DNA of 64,000 nucleotides, taken from NCBI RefSeq assembly GCF_009914755.1, contig NC_060938.1; one strand, given 5' to 3'. Below the pieces are notes generated by a model. The model did not search any database. It was not told the origin of the DNA and saw only the letters and a list, made by a program, of their open reading frames with translations. Origin of the DNA: the human T2T-CHM13v2.0 reference genome, Homo sapiens. The translations under genes and the position numbers were made by a program. Positions 14,734-26,674 of the stretch are shown piece by piece (the first letter of the stretch is position 1; the number at the start of each line of letters is the position of its first letter).

Positions 14734-15057
14734 TACTGAAATGTTTTCAGGAGGGCAGTGACATGACAGGATCTATACTTTAGGAAAATCACTTAGGCTA
14801 CAGCATAGAGCATCAGTAGTGAGGGCAGTGATGGCTGCGTGGAGACCAGTTATGTCACCATTGAGGTAATCCAGGCAGAAGATGCATGACCAGGAATGTG
14901 GTAATGGCAGTGCAGGTGGAAAGAAATAGATGGAATCAAAAGATAGTTAGAAGATAGGAGGGCTGGAACGTGGTTATCAATCAGGTGTGTGGAAGAGACA
15001 GCAGTTAAAGATGAAGCCCAGGGTCTTTCTAGTCTATATCTCTATGTTCTTGAAAAT

Positions 15058-15058
<1 letters not shown>

Positions 15059-15092
<34 letters not shown>
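15059..15092. repeat. (GT)n microsatellite, ~17 units
   Basis: Direct inspection. Confidence 0.98.
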
Positions 15093-15094
<2 letters not shown>

Positions 15095-15539
15095 AAATCT
15101 CAAATTATTTTGACTTCAGGGCAGTTGCTGTCATGTCATCTAGTCAGACATTCTATCATGACATAGAAATCCTCATGGCATGGTGGAAAAAGCCCTTGCC
15201 TGGAAGCCTGGGGGCCAGTACAGCTTTACCACAAACCCCAAATATGATCCTGGGTCAATCATTTCAGCCCCTTGTGGGGAGAGTGAACAGCTGTAGTGTA
15301 AGATAGCATAATTATAAGCTGGGGTGGGGCTTTGAGTTATGGTGCCTATGCAAAATGAACATGACACTTGGTGTAAACTGGTGAGGCTGCTCTTGGACTA
15401 AAGAGACTAGCCTGGGGTTCTGCCTGCCCTAGGTCCTGCCTGATTATTCCAGGGACTGAAAGGAGGATCTATATTTTGCCACACCTGTAACAAATTTAGA
15501 GCATACCAGTATGCCGAAGAATACCTTTAAGGAAGCTCT

Positions 15540-15770
15540 GGCATGGTGATTAAATTCTTGAGTCATGAAGTTCAGACTAGAGCCTTCGTTCTACCATTTA
15601 CTAGCTGTTTGACTTCAAGAAAATTACTTAATCATTACTCTTCAATTTTGTCATCTGTGAAATAGGAATAATAGTACCTATTCATCAGGATTGTTGTAAA
15701 GATTAAGTAATAGATGTAAACATTCTAGCTCCTGGATACAGAGCTCAATACGTATTTGCCATTATTGTTT
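15540..15770 (+). mobile_element. MIR
   Basis: ttctaccatttactagctgtttgacttcaagaaaattacttaa..tcatctgtgaaataggaataatagtacct..ggattgttgtaaagattaag. Confidence 0.85.
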
Positions 15771-15909
15771 TTATATAATATTTTCTACAATGTGTACAAT
15801 TCAATAATTTTTATTTTTATTTGCATAAATTTATGGGGCACAAGTGCAATTTTGTTATATGCATAGATTGGGTAGTGGTCATGTCAGGGCTTTAAGATAT
15901 CCATATCCT

Positions 15910-17280
15910 ATGCTCCTTGTGTCAAAGGAATCACTGGAAGGCCCACTGGCCCAGGGGACGAAGGTCCTCTGAGTCAGAAGCCACTAACCAGATGATCCAG
16001 CAGCAGGACTGAGGGTGCCCGGGGCAAGTGCCAGCCCATGCCATCACCCTCACAGAGCCCCAGATGTGCTTGAACATTGAGGGCCAGGAGGTTAACTGTC
16101 TCTTGGACACTGGCGCGGCCTTCTCAGTCTTACTCTCCTATCCCAGATAACTGTCCTCCAGATCTGTCACTATCCTAGGGGTCATATGACAGCCAGTCTC
16201 TAGATACTTCTCCCAGCCACTAAGCTGTGACTGAGGAGCTTTAAAATAGAAGAAAACCACCAAGCGGATATTAAAGTCAAAAGAGCCACAAGGCAGGACC
16301 CTCCATTAAAAATGCTTATAGAAGGACCCCTAGTATAGGGTAATCCCCTCTGGGAAACCAAGCCCCAGTACTCAGCAGGAAAAATAAAATAAGGAACCTC
16401 ACAAGGACATACTTTCCTCCCCTCCAGATGGCTAGCCACCGAAGAAGGAAAAATACTTTTGCCTGCAGCTAACCAATAGAAATTACTTAAAACCCTTCAC
16501 CAAACCTTCCACTTAGGCATTGATAGCACCCATCAGATGGCCAAATTATTATTTACTGGACCAGGCCTTTTCAAAACTATCAAGCAGATAGTCAGGGCCT
16601 GTAAAGTGTGCCAAAGAAATAATCCTCTGCACTGCAGGCCATACATTTAAATCCCTGTATCTTTAACCTCCTTGTTAAGTTTGTATCTTCCAGAATTGAA
16701 GCTGTAAAACTACAAATCGTTCTTCAAATGGAGCCCCAGATGCAGTCCATAACTTAAGATCTACAGCAGACCCCTAGACCGGCCTGCTAGCCCATGCTCC
16801 GATGTTAATGACATCGAAGGCACCCCTCCCGAGGAAATCTCAACCGCACAACCCCTACTACGCCCCAGTTCAGCAGGAAGCAGTTAGAGCAGTCGTCGAT
16901 CAACCTCCCCAACAGCACTTGGGTTTTCCTATTGAGAGGGGGGACTGAGAGACAGGACTAGCTGGATTCCCTAGGCCGACTAAGAATCCCTAAGCCTAGC
17001 TGGGAAGGTGACTGCATCCACCTTTAAACACGGGGCTTGCAACTTAGCTCACACCCAACCAATCAGAGCTCACTAAAATGCTAATTAGGCAAAAACAGGA
17101 GGTAAAGAAATAGCCAATCATTTATTGCCTGAGAGCACAGCAGGAGGGGCAAGGATCGGGATATAAACCCAGGCATTCGAGCCGGCAACGGCAACCCCCT
17201 TTGGGTCCCCTCCCTTTGTATGGGAGCTCTGTTTTCACTCTATTTCACTCTATTAAATCTTGCAACTTCAAAAAAAGAAA
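15910..17280 (+). pseudogene. HERV-W (HERV17/LTR17) processed pseudogene: gag end, pro, RNaseH/IN piece, env tail, 3' LTR U3-R, poly(A)
   Basis: gag tail CSLCQRNHWKAH..NQMIQQQD* (15911-16012); protease LLDTGAAFSVL (~16100); integrase LHQTFHLG..ACKVCQ (16495-16614); env tail PCIFNLLVKFVSSRIEAVKLQIVLQMEP (from 16653); PPT gagaggggggac; LTR from 16946 ending after ATTAAA (17252) in an A-tail; 16-bp TSD. Confidence 0.96.
16946..17269 (+). promoter_or_regulatory. LTR17 U3-R: two CCAAT boxes, TATA-like ATATAAA, ATTAAA poly(A) signal
   Basis: ccaatc at ~17059 and ~17114, atataaa at 17161, attaaa at 17252; activity unknown. Confidence 0.6.
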
Positions 17281-17464
17281 AAGATATGCATATCCTGAAT
17301 AATGAACATTACTCATTCAGTAATTTCTCATCATCCACACCCTGGCCCTTTCACCCTTCCAAGTCTCTGTCATCTATCATACCACTCTCTGTGTTCATGT
17401 GTCCACATTTTTTAGCTCCTACTTATGAATGAGAACATGCAGTATCTGTCTTTCTGTGTCTGAC

Positions 17465-19745
17465 TATATTAGTCTGTTTTCACACTGCTGATAAACACAT
17501 ACCTGAGACTGGTAAGAAAAAGAGGTTTAATTGGACTTACAGTTCCACATGGCTGGGGAGGCCCCAGAATCACAGTGGGAAGTGAAAGGCACTTCTTACA
17601 TGGTGGTGGCAAGAGAAAATGAGGAAGAAGCAAAAGCAGAAACCTCTGATAAACCCATCAGATCTCATGAGACTTATTCACTATCATGAGAATAGCATAG
17701 GAAAGACTGGCCCCCATGATTCAATTACTTCCCCTGGGTCCCTCCTACAACATGTGGGAATTCTGAGAGATACAATTCAAGTTGAGATACAGGTTGAGAT
17801 TTGGGTGTGGACACAGCCAAACCATATCATTCTGCCCCTGGCCCCTCCAATTCTCACATTTCAAAACCAATCATGCCTTTTCAACAGTCCCCCAAAATCT
17901 TAACTCATTTCAGCATTAACCCAAAAGTCCACAGTCCAAAGTCTCATCTGAGACAAGGCAAGTCCCGTTTGCCTATGAGCCTATAAAATCCAAAACAAGC
18001 TAGTTACTTCCTAGATACAATGGGGGTACAGGTATTGGGTAAATACAGCCATTCTAAATGGGAGAAATTGGCCAAAACAAAAGGGTTACAGGGCCCATAC
18101 AAGTCTGAAATCCAGCAGGGCAGTCAAATTTCAAAGCTCCAAAAATGATCTCCTTTGACTCCAGGTCTCGCATCCAGGTCACGCTGATGCAAGAGATGGG
18201 TTCCCATGGTCTTGGGCAGCTCTGCCCCTGTGGCTTTGCAGGGTACAGCCTCCCTCCCAGCTGCTTTCACAGGCTGGCATTGAGTGTCTGTGGCTTTTCC
18301 AGGAGCATGGTGCAAGCTGTTGGTGGATCTTCCATTCTGGGGTCTGGAGGATGGTGGCCCTCTTCTCACAGCTCCACTAGGCAGTGCCCCAATAGGGACT
18401 GTGTGTGGGGATGCAGAACCCACATTTCCCTTCTACACTTCCCTAGCAGAGGTTCTCTATGAAGTCCCTGCCCCTGCAGCAAACTTTTGCATGGGCATCC
18501 AGGCATTTCCATATGTCTTCTGAAATATAGGCAGAGGTTCCCAAACCTCAATTCTTGACTTCTGTGCACCTGCAGGCTCAACACCACGTGGAAGCTGCCA
18601 AGGACTGGGGCTTCCACCCTCTGAAGCCACAGCCCAAGCTGTATGTTGGCCCCTTTCAGCCATGACTAGAGTGGCAGGGATGCAGGGCACTGAGTCCCTA
18701 GGCTACACACAGCATGGGGACCCTGAGCCTGCCCACAAAACCACTTTTTCCTCTTGGGCCTCCAGGCCTATGATGGGAGGGGCTGCCATGAGGGTCTCTG
18801 ACATGCCCTGGAGACATTTTCCCCATGGTGTTGGGGATTAACATTAGGCTCCTTGCTACTTATGCAAATTTCTGCAGCCAGCTTGAATTTATCCTCAGAA
18901 AATGGGTTTTTCTTTTCTATTGTATAGTCAGGTGGCGAATTTTCCAAAGTTTTACGCCCTGCTTCCCTTATAAAGCCTCATGCCTTTAACAGCACCCAAG
19001 TTACCTCTTGAATGCTTTGCTGCTTTGAAATTTCTTCTGCTGGATACCATAAATCATATCTCTCAATTTCAAAGTTCCACAAATCCCTAGGGCAGGGGCA
19101 AAATGCTGCCAGTCTCTTTGCTAAAACAATGGAAGGGTCACCTTTGCTCCAGTTTCCAACAAGTTCCTCATCTCCATCTGAGACCACCTTAGCCTGGACC
19201 TTATTGTTCATATCACTATCATCATTTTGGGCAAAGCCATTCAACAAATCTCTAGAAAGTTCCAAACTTTCCCACATTTTTCTGTCTTCTGAGCCCTCCA
19301 AACTGTTCCAACCTCTGCCTGTTACCCAGTTCCAAAGTCTCTTCCACATTTTCAGGTATCGTTTCAGCAATGCCCCACTCTACTGGTACCGATTTCCTTT
19401 ATTAGTCCATTTTCATGCTGCTGATAAAGATATACCCAAGACTGGGAAGAAAAAGGTTTAATTGGACTTACAGTTCCACGTGGCTGGGGAGGCCTCAGAA
19501 TCCCAGCGGGAGGTGAAAGGCACTTCTTATGTGGCAGCAGCAAGAGAAAATGAGGAAAAAGCAAAAACAGAAACCCCTGATAAACCCATCAGTTTTCATG
19601 AGACTTATTCACTATCACGAGAATAGCATGGGAAAGACTAGCTCCCATGATTATTACCTCCCCCTGGTTCTCTCCCATAACGTGGGAATTCTGGGAGATA
19701 CAATTCAAGTTGAGATTTGGGTGGGGACACAGCCAAACCATATCA
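17465..19745 (-). mobile_element. Full-length THE1A-like MaLR provirus (3' LTR 17465-17829, internal 17830-19397, 5' LTR 19398-19745)
   Basis: Two direct LTRs with gaagaaaaagaggtttaattggacttacagttccac; THE1-int body; perfect TSD CTGAC (17460-17464, 19746-19750); ORF 18978-19370 is the usual THE1-int remnant. Confidence 0.96.
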
Positions 19746-21772
19746 CTGACTTATTTCACTTAAGACAATATTTCCAGTTTCATCTTTGATGCTGCAAAAG
19801 ATGTGATTCTGTTCTTTTTTTATGGCTGAATATACACTACATTTTCTTTATCCAACCATCTGGTGATGGATACTTAAGTTGATTCCTTATCTTTGCTACA
19901 GTTCAGTGATTTTTAAAGTAAACTTACAGAGTTGGGAAATCATCATCATAATCCACTTGGAACATTTTTATCTCTGCAACAAGATGTGTCCATTTGTAGT
20001 CACAACTTGTTCCCACCACAACCCCCAGGCTGCCAGGAATCTACTTTCTGTTTCTATACATTTTTTCTGGGCATTTTATAAAAATGGAATCATGAAGTCT
20101 TTTGTGTCTGGCTTCTTTCACAGTATAATCTTTTTGAGAGTCATCTGTAGTACTTGTGTTTCCTCTTATTGTTGAATAGCAGCCCATTGTATGGGCATAC
20201 TGCACTTTGTCTATGCATTCACCAGTTGGTGGACACTTGAATTGTTTCCACATTTTGGCAACTATGAATAATGCTGCTATGGACATTCGTGTACAAGTCC
20301 TCGTGTAGACATATTAATATGTAATCTTGTTCTAAAAGTCTAAAATTCTAAGAATTTATCGAACTTGTGAAGAGAATGACTATTGAAACTAGCCTTGGTT
20401 CTTATCCTTTGGATGTAACTACATTTTTGTCAGAATGTCATGAAGAAGCATAATTATTTATATCCAAGATAGAATTTAACTTTCAATTAAAAAATGTTAA
20501 AGTTGATTTTTAATAAAATACTTGGACAAAAGTAGATCAGGGATTAGGTTGATTGCTTTTAAATTTTAGTGTAAAATTTCAAGAAAGGTTAGACTAGATT
20601 CCAGTGGCTGCAATGCTGCACAGCTATAGGCCGCATCCTCTCATTGGAGTTGTGTGTGCAGGTGTGCCCTTCATGTGGGATGCAGTGGGAATGGTGCCGT
20701 CCAGAGCTGTGTGTGAACAGGTGTCCATACTGCTAGTCTTTGAGTCTGGGTAATCTCCACTCTGTCCCTGGAGGGTGGGCCTGTTCTGCTTCTAGAGGTC
20801 AATGCCAAGTCAGAAAGGGAGTCAAGGCCCAGAATGCCACTCTGCAGACTACTATAGTTCCAGACTCTAGGGAGTCCTGGGCAGGGGGCTTATCTTAAAC
20901 CAAAGGAATTTCAGACTAGAATTGTAGATGGTGCCCTTGAAGAGCTGATGGGACAGATTGAAAGTCCTGACTCCCAGCTAAAGCAGTATCCTACACACCC
21001 TCCCATCTGGAGAGATCTTGGGCTAGATGCCCCCAGTCTAACTGAGACGCTGACTTTGGAGGGTTGTTCCAGCCCTGCAATAGTAGTACCTTTTTGTTTA
21101 GGTGGGAGTGGATTAGAACAGTGGGTAAAGTTTTGGGGTGAAAGAAGCCAACTGGGACATATGTCTTAGGGGGACACAGGCTTTGTCCATCCTTTCTCTA
21201 AAAGTACTGGGCTGAACCCTCTCAGCAGAGAGTTGTGGAAAATTAGAGACGTTCTGTGGAAAGACCAAGTTAATGTTCAAGTCTCAGAATCTGATCTTAG
21301 GTCAAATATCTCTTGCTTTTGCCAGTAAAAAGAGCCCAGATGTTTTTCTATTTACTTAGGCAAACCCTTGAAACACAAGTTAGTCATATAAAACTTTACA
21401 TTTGCAATGTTAAGAGCCCATATTTGGAAAGTCACAAGCATAAAATATATACTGTGAAATGGGAGGTCAGGATGGTGAACTCATTTCAGAACCATAGTTT
21501 TGACTCAAGAATTTTGATGGGGTCTTCACGTTGGTTGAGCTTCTTGGTCCTAATATCATTGAGAGAATTAAATCATGATATTAAAACATTGAAACACTAA
21601 TGCTTTGTTTTTATTGGCAAGAACCAAAATGATCTAATACTAATGCCACGAAACATCAGTCACTTTTTTCCTGATGAATAAGATGAACTTTGGCTGCTTA
21701 TGATAGTAAATTTAATAATGTCAGTGATTTGAACTGTTTCAGTTCTAAATGTGCAGAAATGTGTTTTACTGC

Positions 21773-21773
<1 letters not shown>

Positions 21774-21825
<52 letters not shown>
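21774..21825. repeat. Compound (CT)n(CA)n microsatellite
   Basis: Direct inspection. Confidence 0.98.
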
Positions 21826-21827
<2 letters not shown>

Positions 21828-24800
21828 CTTCTGTCAGGAAGTTTTGTGGCAAATGAGCCCAAATGCATAGATTAGAGCATATCATTCACATGTGCCATGT
21901 GTGTGCCAAAGTGTGCGTACCCACTGCTAGACTCCCTCTCACAGGTGGTCTGAATTTGCTTCTAGCTGGTCCTGTAAGCAGATTTAATATTTCATAAGCA
22001 CTGCTCCATCTCATGCCTCCATTATTGACACCACATGGAAGTCAGGAAATTGGTTCTTTCTGGGAACAGTTTGCAGAAATATGCAGCCTGTCAGCCCCTT
22101 TCTCATGGGTGCATTAACAGAGCAGCTCACGATTACAAGTAACGAACCTTCTCCAGATGTGTGTAGCAACTCAGCTCCAACTTTATCTTCGGCCCTGAAG
22201 ATGGACTTGGCAAGATGGATTATTTGTGGCTGTATTGTAATAACTTTGTGAAATTGGAATTCCCAGTGATTGTAATGGAGGGTGAGGAAGCGGCAGCAGA
22301 GGAACAGATAATTTCTCCTTGCAGTAAACAACGAAAAGACCAACAACAATAAAAAGGGCAAATCAGCTGTGGCATTTTCCTGCTTTGGACACCGACTCTT
22401 CCAGACTGTTCTAATTCTTTCCCTTTTATGATTCTGTTTATGTTACACACATTAAAGTTAAGTCATGTCTTAAATAAGATGGAAACTGGAAGTGAGATTT
22501 GGAAATGACTGAATCAGGCTTCTTAACTTTTTTCTTCTCTTGGAGAGCTCAAAAACAACGGACAGAAAGGGATATACCAAAGAAAACAATATTAATTGTC
22601 GGCTTCCATGGAAAATTCAATCCAGTCTTTCATTCATTCTCTTCCCAGTGCAGTGCCAGCAGACTTCTCTCTATATGGCTAAGGGCTTAATTTAGCTGAC
22701 AAATTTCTGAAGGATAACTAAGCTTTCAGAAAGAAAGATTCTAGCTATAAATGAAGCATGTGTGCTCTCTCAGTCACAAAAGACAGATTTTTCCAGGATA
22801 AAGTAATTTGGGGTAAATTTCTCCTGTATTTTATTAGCAGTGATGATTTCAAGGGAGTATTCTTTTAAAGCAAGGCAGTATTTAAATCTTTCTTTTAAAT
22901 CACAAGTCCCTTGAGTTGATAGTTATAAAACTGGGTTCCACTGGGAGTTATTTGTACATCTTCAAGGTTGGCACCCTTAGTTGTTTGATGTAGATGTTCT
23001 AGATAAAATTCCTAAAGTCCAGCTGTTATGATTTAGCTTAATATGTTTGTACAGAGGGGTTTCCTTTGTCATTGAAGAGATAGAGTCAAAACAGAATTAG
23101 TCATTCTTGCATCTTCTATTTATAGCCCACTATTATTCTGATGCATTGTCAAAGAATGAAGTGGACAAGAATTTTTCTTCCTTTCTTTTTTTTGTGTAAA
23201 CAAAACTCTTTTTATACTCTGTGGATTTAACTTTGGTTGCTAACTTAGTCAGACAAGGCACTTAACAAAAATATTACTTCTTAAATGAAAAATTACCTAT
23301 TAAGTCATCCCATCTCCATTTGCAAATTAAAGGTTTGTCAGTACAAAGTATGTGGGATGACCAGAAGTCATGGATGACTTACACTGAAGTGGCAAGGGTA
23401 GAAAAGGTCAGTTTGAAAATTTATTTGTATGGGTTGCTCATGACTAATAGTCCAAATCTGGAGAGTTTATAAACAAAATTCTATTCTGTTTATTTAGTTT
23501 ATGCCAGCATTAAAGCTAGCCTGAAAATTTAGTGAAAGTCATTTAAGGAATTTTTATTTGGAGGAAACTTTAATTTTTATTTTTGAGGTCACTGAATAAA
23601 TGTAGAGGTCTCTGTGGCCTGTACTGCAACAAGTAGAACAGTTAGATAAACTGGTTGTTGAAACTCCCTGGGCCACTGAGTTTTCTTATTTCTTTTTTTT
23701 TTTTTTTAGTAGAGAGCTGACTTTAGAGGGATCAAGAATAGCTTGCTGGATGGAAGGAGGTAAGAAACAGGACTATCAATGTTTTACTTATCTGAGCTGT
23801 ATAATAATTTGGTGTAGATAATTAAATGAGATGAAGTATGGGAAATGTGTTGTAAACATTCTCAAATCCTCTGCTATTATTGCTTACTGCAGCATCTGAA
23901 ACAGCAGGGTCTGTCATGCAATAGCCCTCAAATCAATGTTTGCTGAGTTATAGTAAGTCGAATTAAAGAGTAGTTGGACAATTGCAAGTAATAGGTGGAA
24001 GTAGAAGGCTGAGAAAGTTGACACTTAGCGTTCTCTGTTGAAAACTATGCTATTAGCAGTGTTGGGTCAGCAAATGGCTTATTTTGGTTGGCAACCCCAT
24101 GGAAAAGGATTTGCTGGATACAATAATAGTATATTCCCACAAAAATTCTGAAGTTTTATATTTTTGAGAATGTTGACAAGCCGGCAAATTAATGAATGGC
24201 TGCCAGTTGTTGAATTTGAATGTCACTCCTGGTGATTGTAAGTGTGAGTATGCCTTTGTTTTCCCTGTGTGCTAAACTCACGCTAGGGGTCCCATTGTTT
24301 TGAGGAGCTATTTAAGTAGCCTTCAGGAGAATCTGAAAATCATCCAAATCCAGTGTATAAGCATGAGAAGTCTGAGCTGAAGACTAAAAGTACTCTCCCT
24401 ACAACCTGTCAGACATCTGGCCCAATGCTAGCTATAGGCAGTGGGGCTTCTTGATGGTCATTGGTGAGGATTCAATCTTTGGTACCCAAAGAGTGGGTGA
24501 AAGTTTCAGGAAAAGAAATCTCAAGCCTTGAGGCCTCCCATGAAGGCGAGACCAAGATTTCTCTTCCACAACCCAATCTTTACAATTATTCTGGAGATGG
24601 TTGGGAGGAGAGTAGTCATCCTCTTGACTAGAGGATGAGAGACTGTGCAGGAGAAAGCTCTGGAGGAGACCTCACCCTTTGTGACTAGTATGGTGTGTCT
24701 CATTCATCATGAGATGGTGGGTGATGCAGGTGATGAGTTAATGATAATTAAGCCCACGCTGTGGAACCCATGGGAGAAGCATGTAATAGCCAGTAGTAAT

Positions 24801-25899
24801 ATCAGCAAGGCCTTCCTCAATTCCACGCAGAGGAAGACCCAAAAGGATCAGTGGACCCAGGACCGTGGGATACCATGAGAAGGGAGTCAATGGCAGGGAT
24901 TTAGGTTTGGGGGTTCTTGGAAGGAAGGTATCATGTAGACTTTTGGTGAGGCCCTAGAGAGCCTATCATTAGCCAAAAAGCTGTGAGGCTGCTCAAATCA
25001 CTACATCCAATGAGTCCTGGGGAATGGTGGGAAGGCTCTAATTTAGTGAGTGGTGGTCAACAGTAGAGATCCCTGGAAAGCAGCAATACTTGTACTTAGA
25101 AGCTAGCACAGTCATCAAGGGAGGTCTGTCTGGAAGCCTGGAGGAATAGTGACAGGGTCCAAGCCCCTGCAGAAGGGTGCCTGGTGAAGACTAAGTCAAC
25201 CGTAGGCACCCAGTCAACAAGGTGACTCAGAGTAGGAAGAACTAGAGTGCAAGTTGGGAAGTTGGGAAGAAAGCAAAGTCATATAAATTGGGTAGAATTT
25301 CAGCAGGTCCTGGCAAGGAGACTACAGTCAGCAGACATGTGGGTCCCAGTGGTTCCCTTCAGGGACATTGGATATCATGCTGGCAACATCAAATCAAATC
25401 CCAGGCCCTACATACCGGTGGGAATGAAGCTGCTGAAAGATCACCATGCTGGGAGGGTTAGAAGTGGCTCAAGGTCTAACTGGGGCTAAATGTGTAGATT
25501 AAATCTTTAACACCTTTAGCTGGATGGAGTGGGGACAAACATTCTCTCCCTGAAGGTAGTAAAAGGTCTTTGTGACAGAGAACAGCTAGTATTAATGGGG
25601 AAAGCATTGAACTATTATCAAGGGTAGATTTGTGATATTTCCGGGTGGCTTTTATACCAAGAGAAGCATGCTAATATTCCAGAAAAAATTATGGGTTATT
25701 TATTCTGGGAAACATATACTTTGAACCAAAAATGAGAACACATGGTGTGATAAGTATGAGCATACTGATGAGGATAATTGGATAAGATACGTGCAATCAG
25801 GATTGTTTTGGTAAATAGGAGACTATGTGGTCACCAAGATATGCCTTGCAATTAGAGAGCTTATCTCCGCACAGAAGGAAGAAGGTATGAACATATGAG

Positions 25900-26650
25900 A
25901 GTAATAGAGGCTGCATGTGAGAAGCTCTTACCAGAGGAGATCAGGAAAGGGAGACAGCTCACCCATTTGGGGTAATCAGGGAAGAGTCTGTAAAAGTGGC
26001 AGCATATAATTGGATTTTGGTGGTTGTATAGGATTTGAGCAGGGAGCTGTAAGCATGAGGGCCTTCCATGTGGAGACACAGAATGAATGAAACCCTGAAG
26101 TTTGGAAGCAAAAACCATAGGAAGCACAACTGTGAGTACATAATTCAGTTGAGAGAATGGGGTAAGGCAAGACTAGAAAGGTAAATTCTGCTGTCTTGTG
26201 GATCACCATATTGAATGGGAGATTTGGTGACTAGACATCAAGCATTGTACTATGTACTAAGAATATAAAGATGGAAAAAGGAATGAAGATACATTTGGGA
26301 GATACAGGTTTAATCTAAATTCATTAGTGCTGTCATTTGTGGAAATAGGTGAGATAAAGGACATTCAGAGAGACGAACTGAGGGAAAAATCTTGTATTTT
26401 GTATTTCTATGGGCATAAGGAGATATGGAGGGAGATTTGCTCAGTAATATATTTAGGAGGAAACTCTGGGTGGTTCAGCATTCAGGCAACTGAGAGAGGA
26501 GTGGGTATCAAAATGGAATGCCAAGTACTGCTGAGAGGCCAGGGAGAGCAGAGCAGAGACATAGAGACCATTGGAATTGCTGTTTTACAACTCTCTGACC
26601 CTGAAAACGTGGTTTCAGATGAGCAGGCATAGGAGGAAGGGTGAGGCTGG
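25900..26650 (-). mobile_element. L2 remnant
   Basis: gtaaggcaagactagaaag..gatacatttgggagat..gagcagagacatagagacc; purine-rich antisense L2 text. Confidence 0.5.
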
Positions 26651-26674
26651 AGTCCGCAGTGCAACAGATTATGG

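Larger units (their letters stand above)
13535..15030 (-). mobile_element. L2 remnant interrupted by THE1B and AluJ
   Basis: tgagctctgaaggatgagttaggagttagccag; gacatgacaggatctatactttaggaaaatcact; gaggtaatccaggcagaagatg. Confidence 0.7.
15780..20310 (-). mobile_element. Nested L1 3' ends: an old L1MB/MC-type element hosting an L1MA-type element (15808-19896), itself split by HERV-W and THE1A
   Basis: L1MA-type text tttatggggcacaagtgcaattttgttatatgcatagattg / gctcctacttatgaatgagaacatgcagtat / gacttatttcacttaagac; host text resumes tacagttcagtgattttt..aaaaatggaatcat..ggacacttgaattgtttcca. Confidence 0.8.

Noticed and set aside
19480-19492. PRDM9 hotspot motif in the THE1A LTR
   Set aside because: Reads CCTCCCCAGCCAC on the minus strand, i.e. 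C instead of the required T at position 7.
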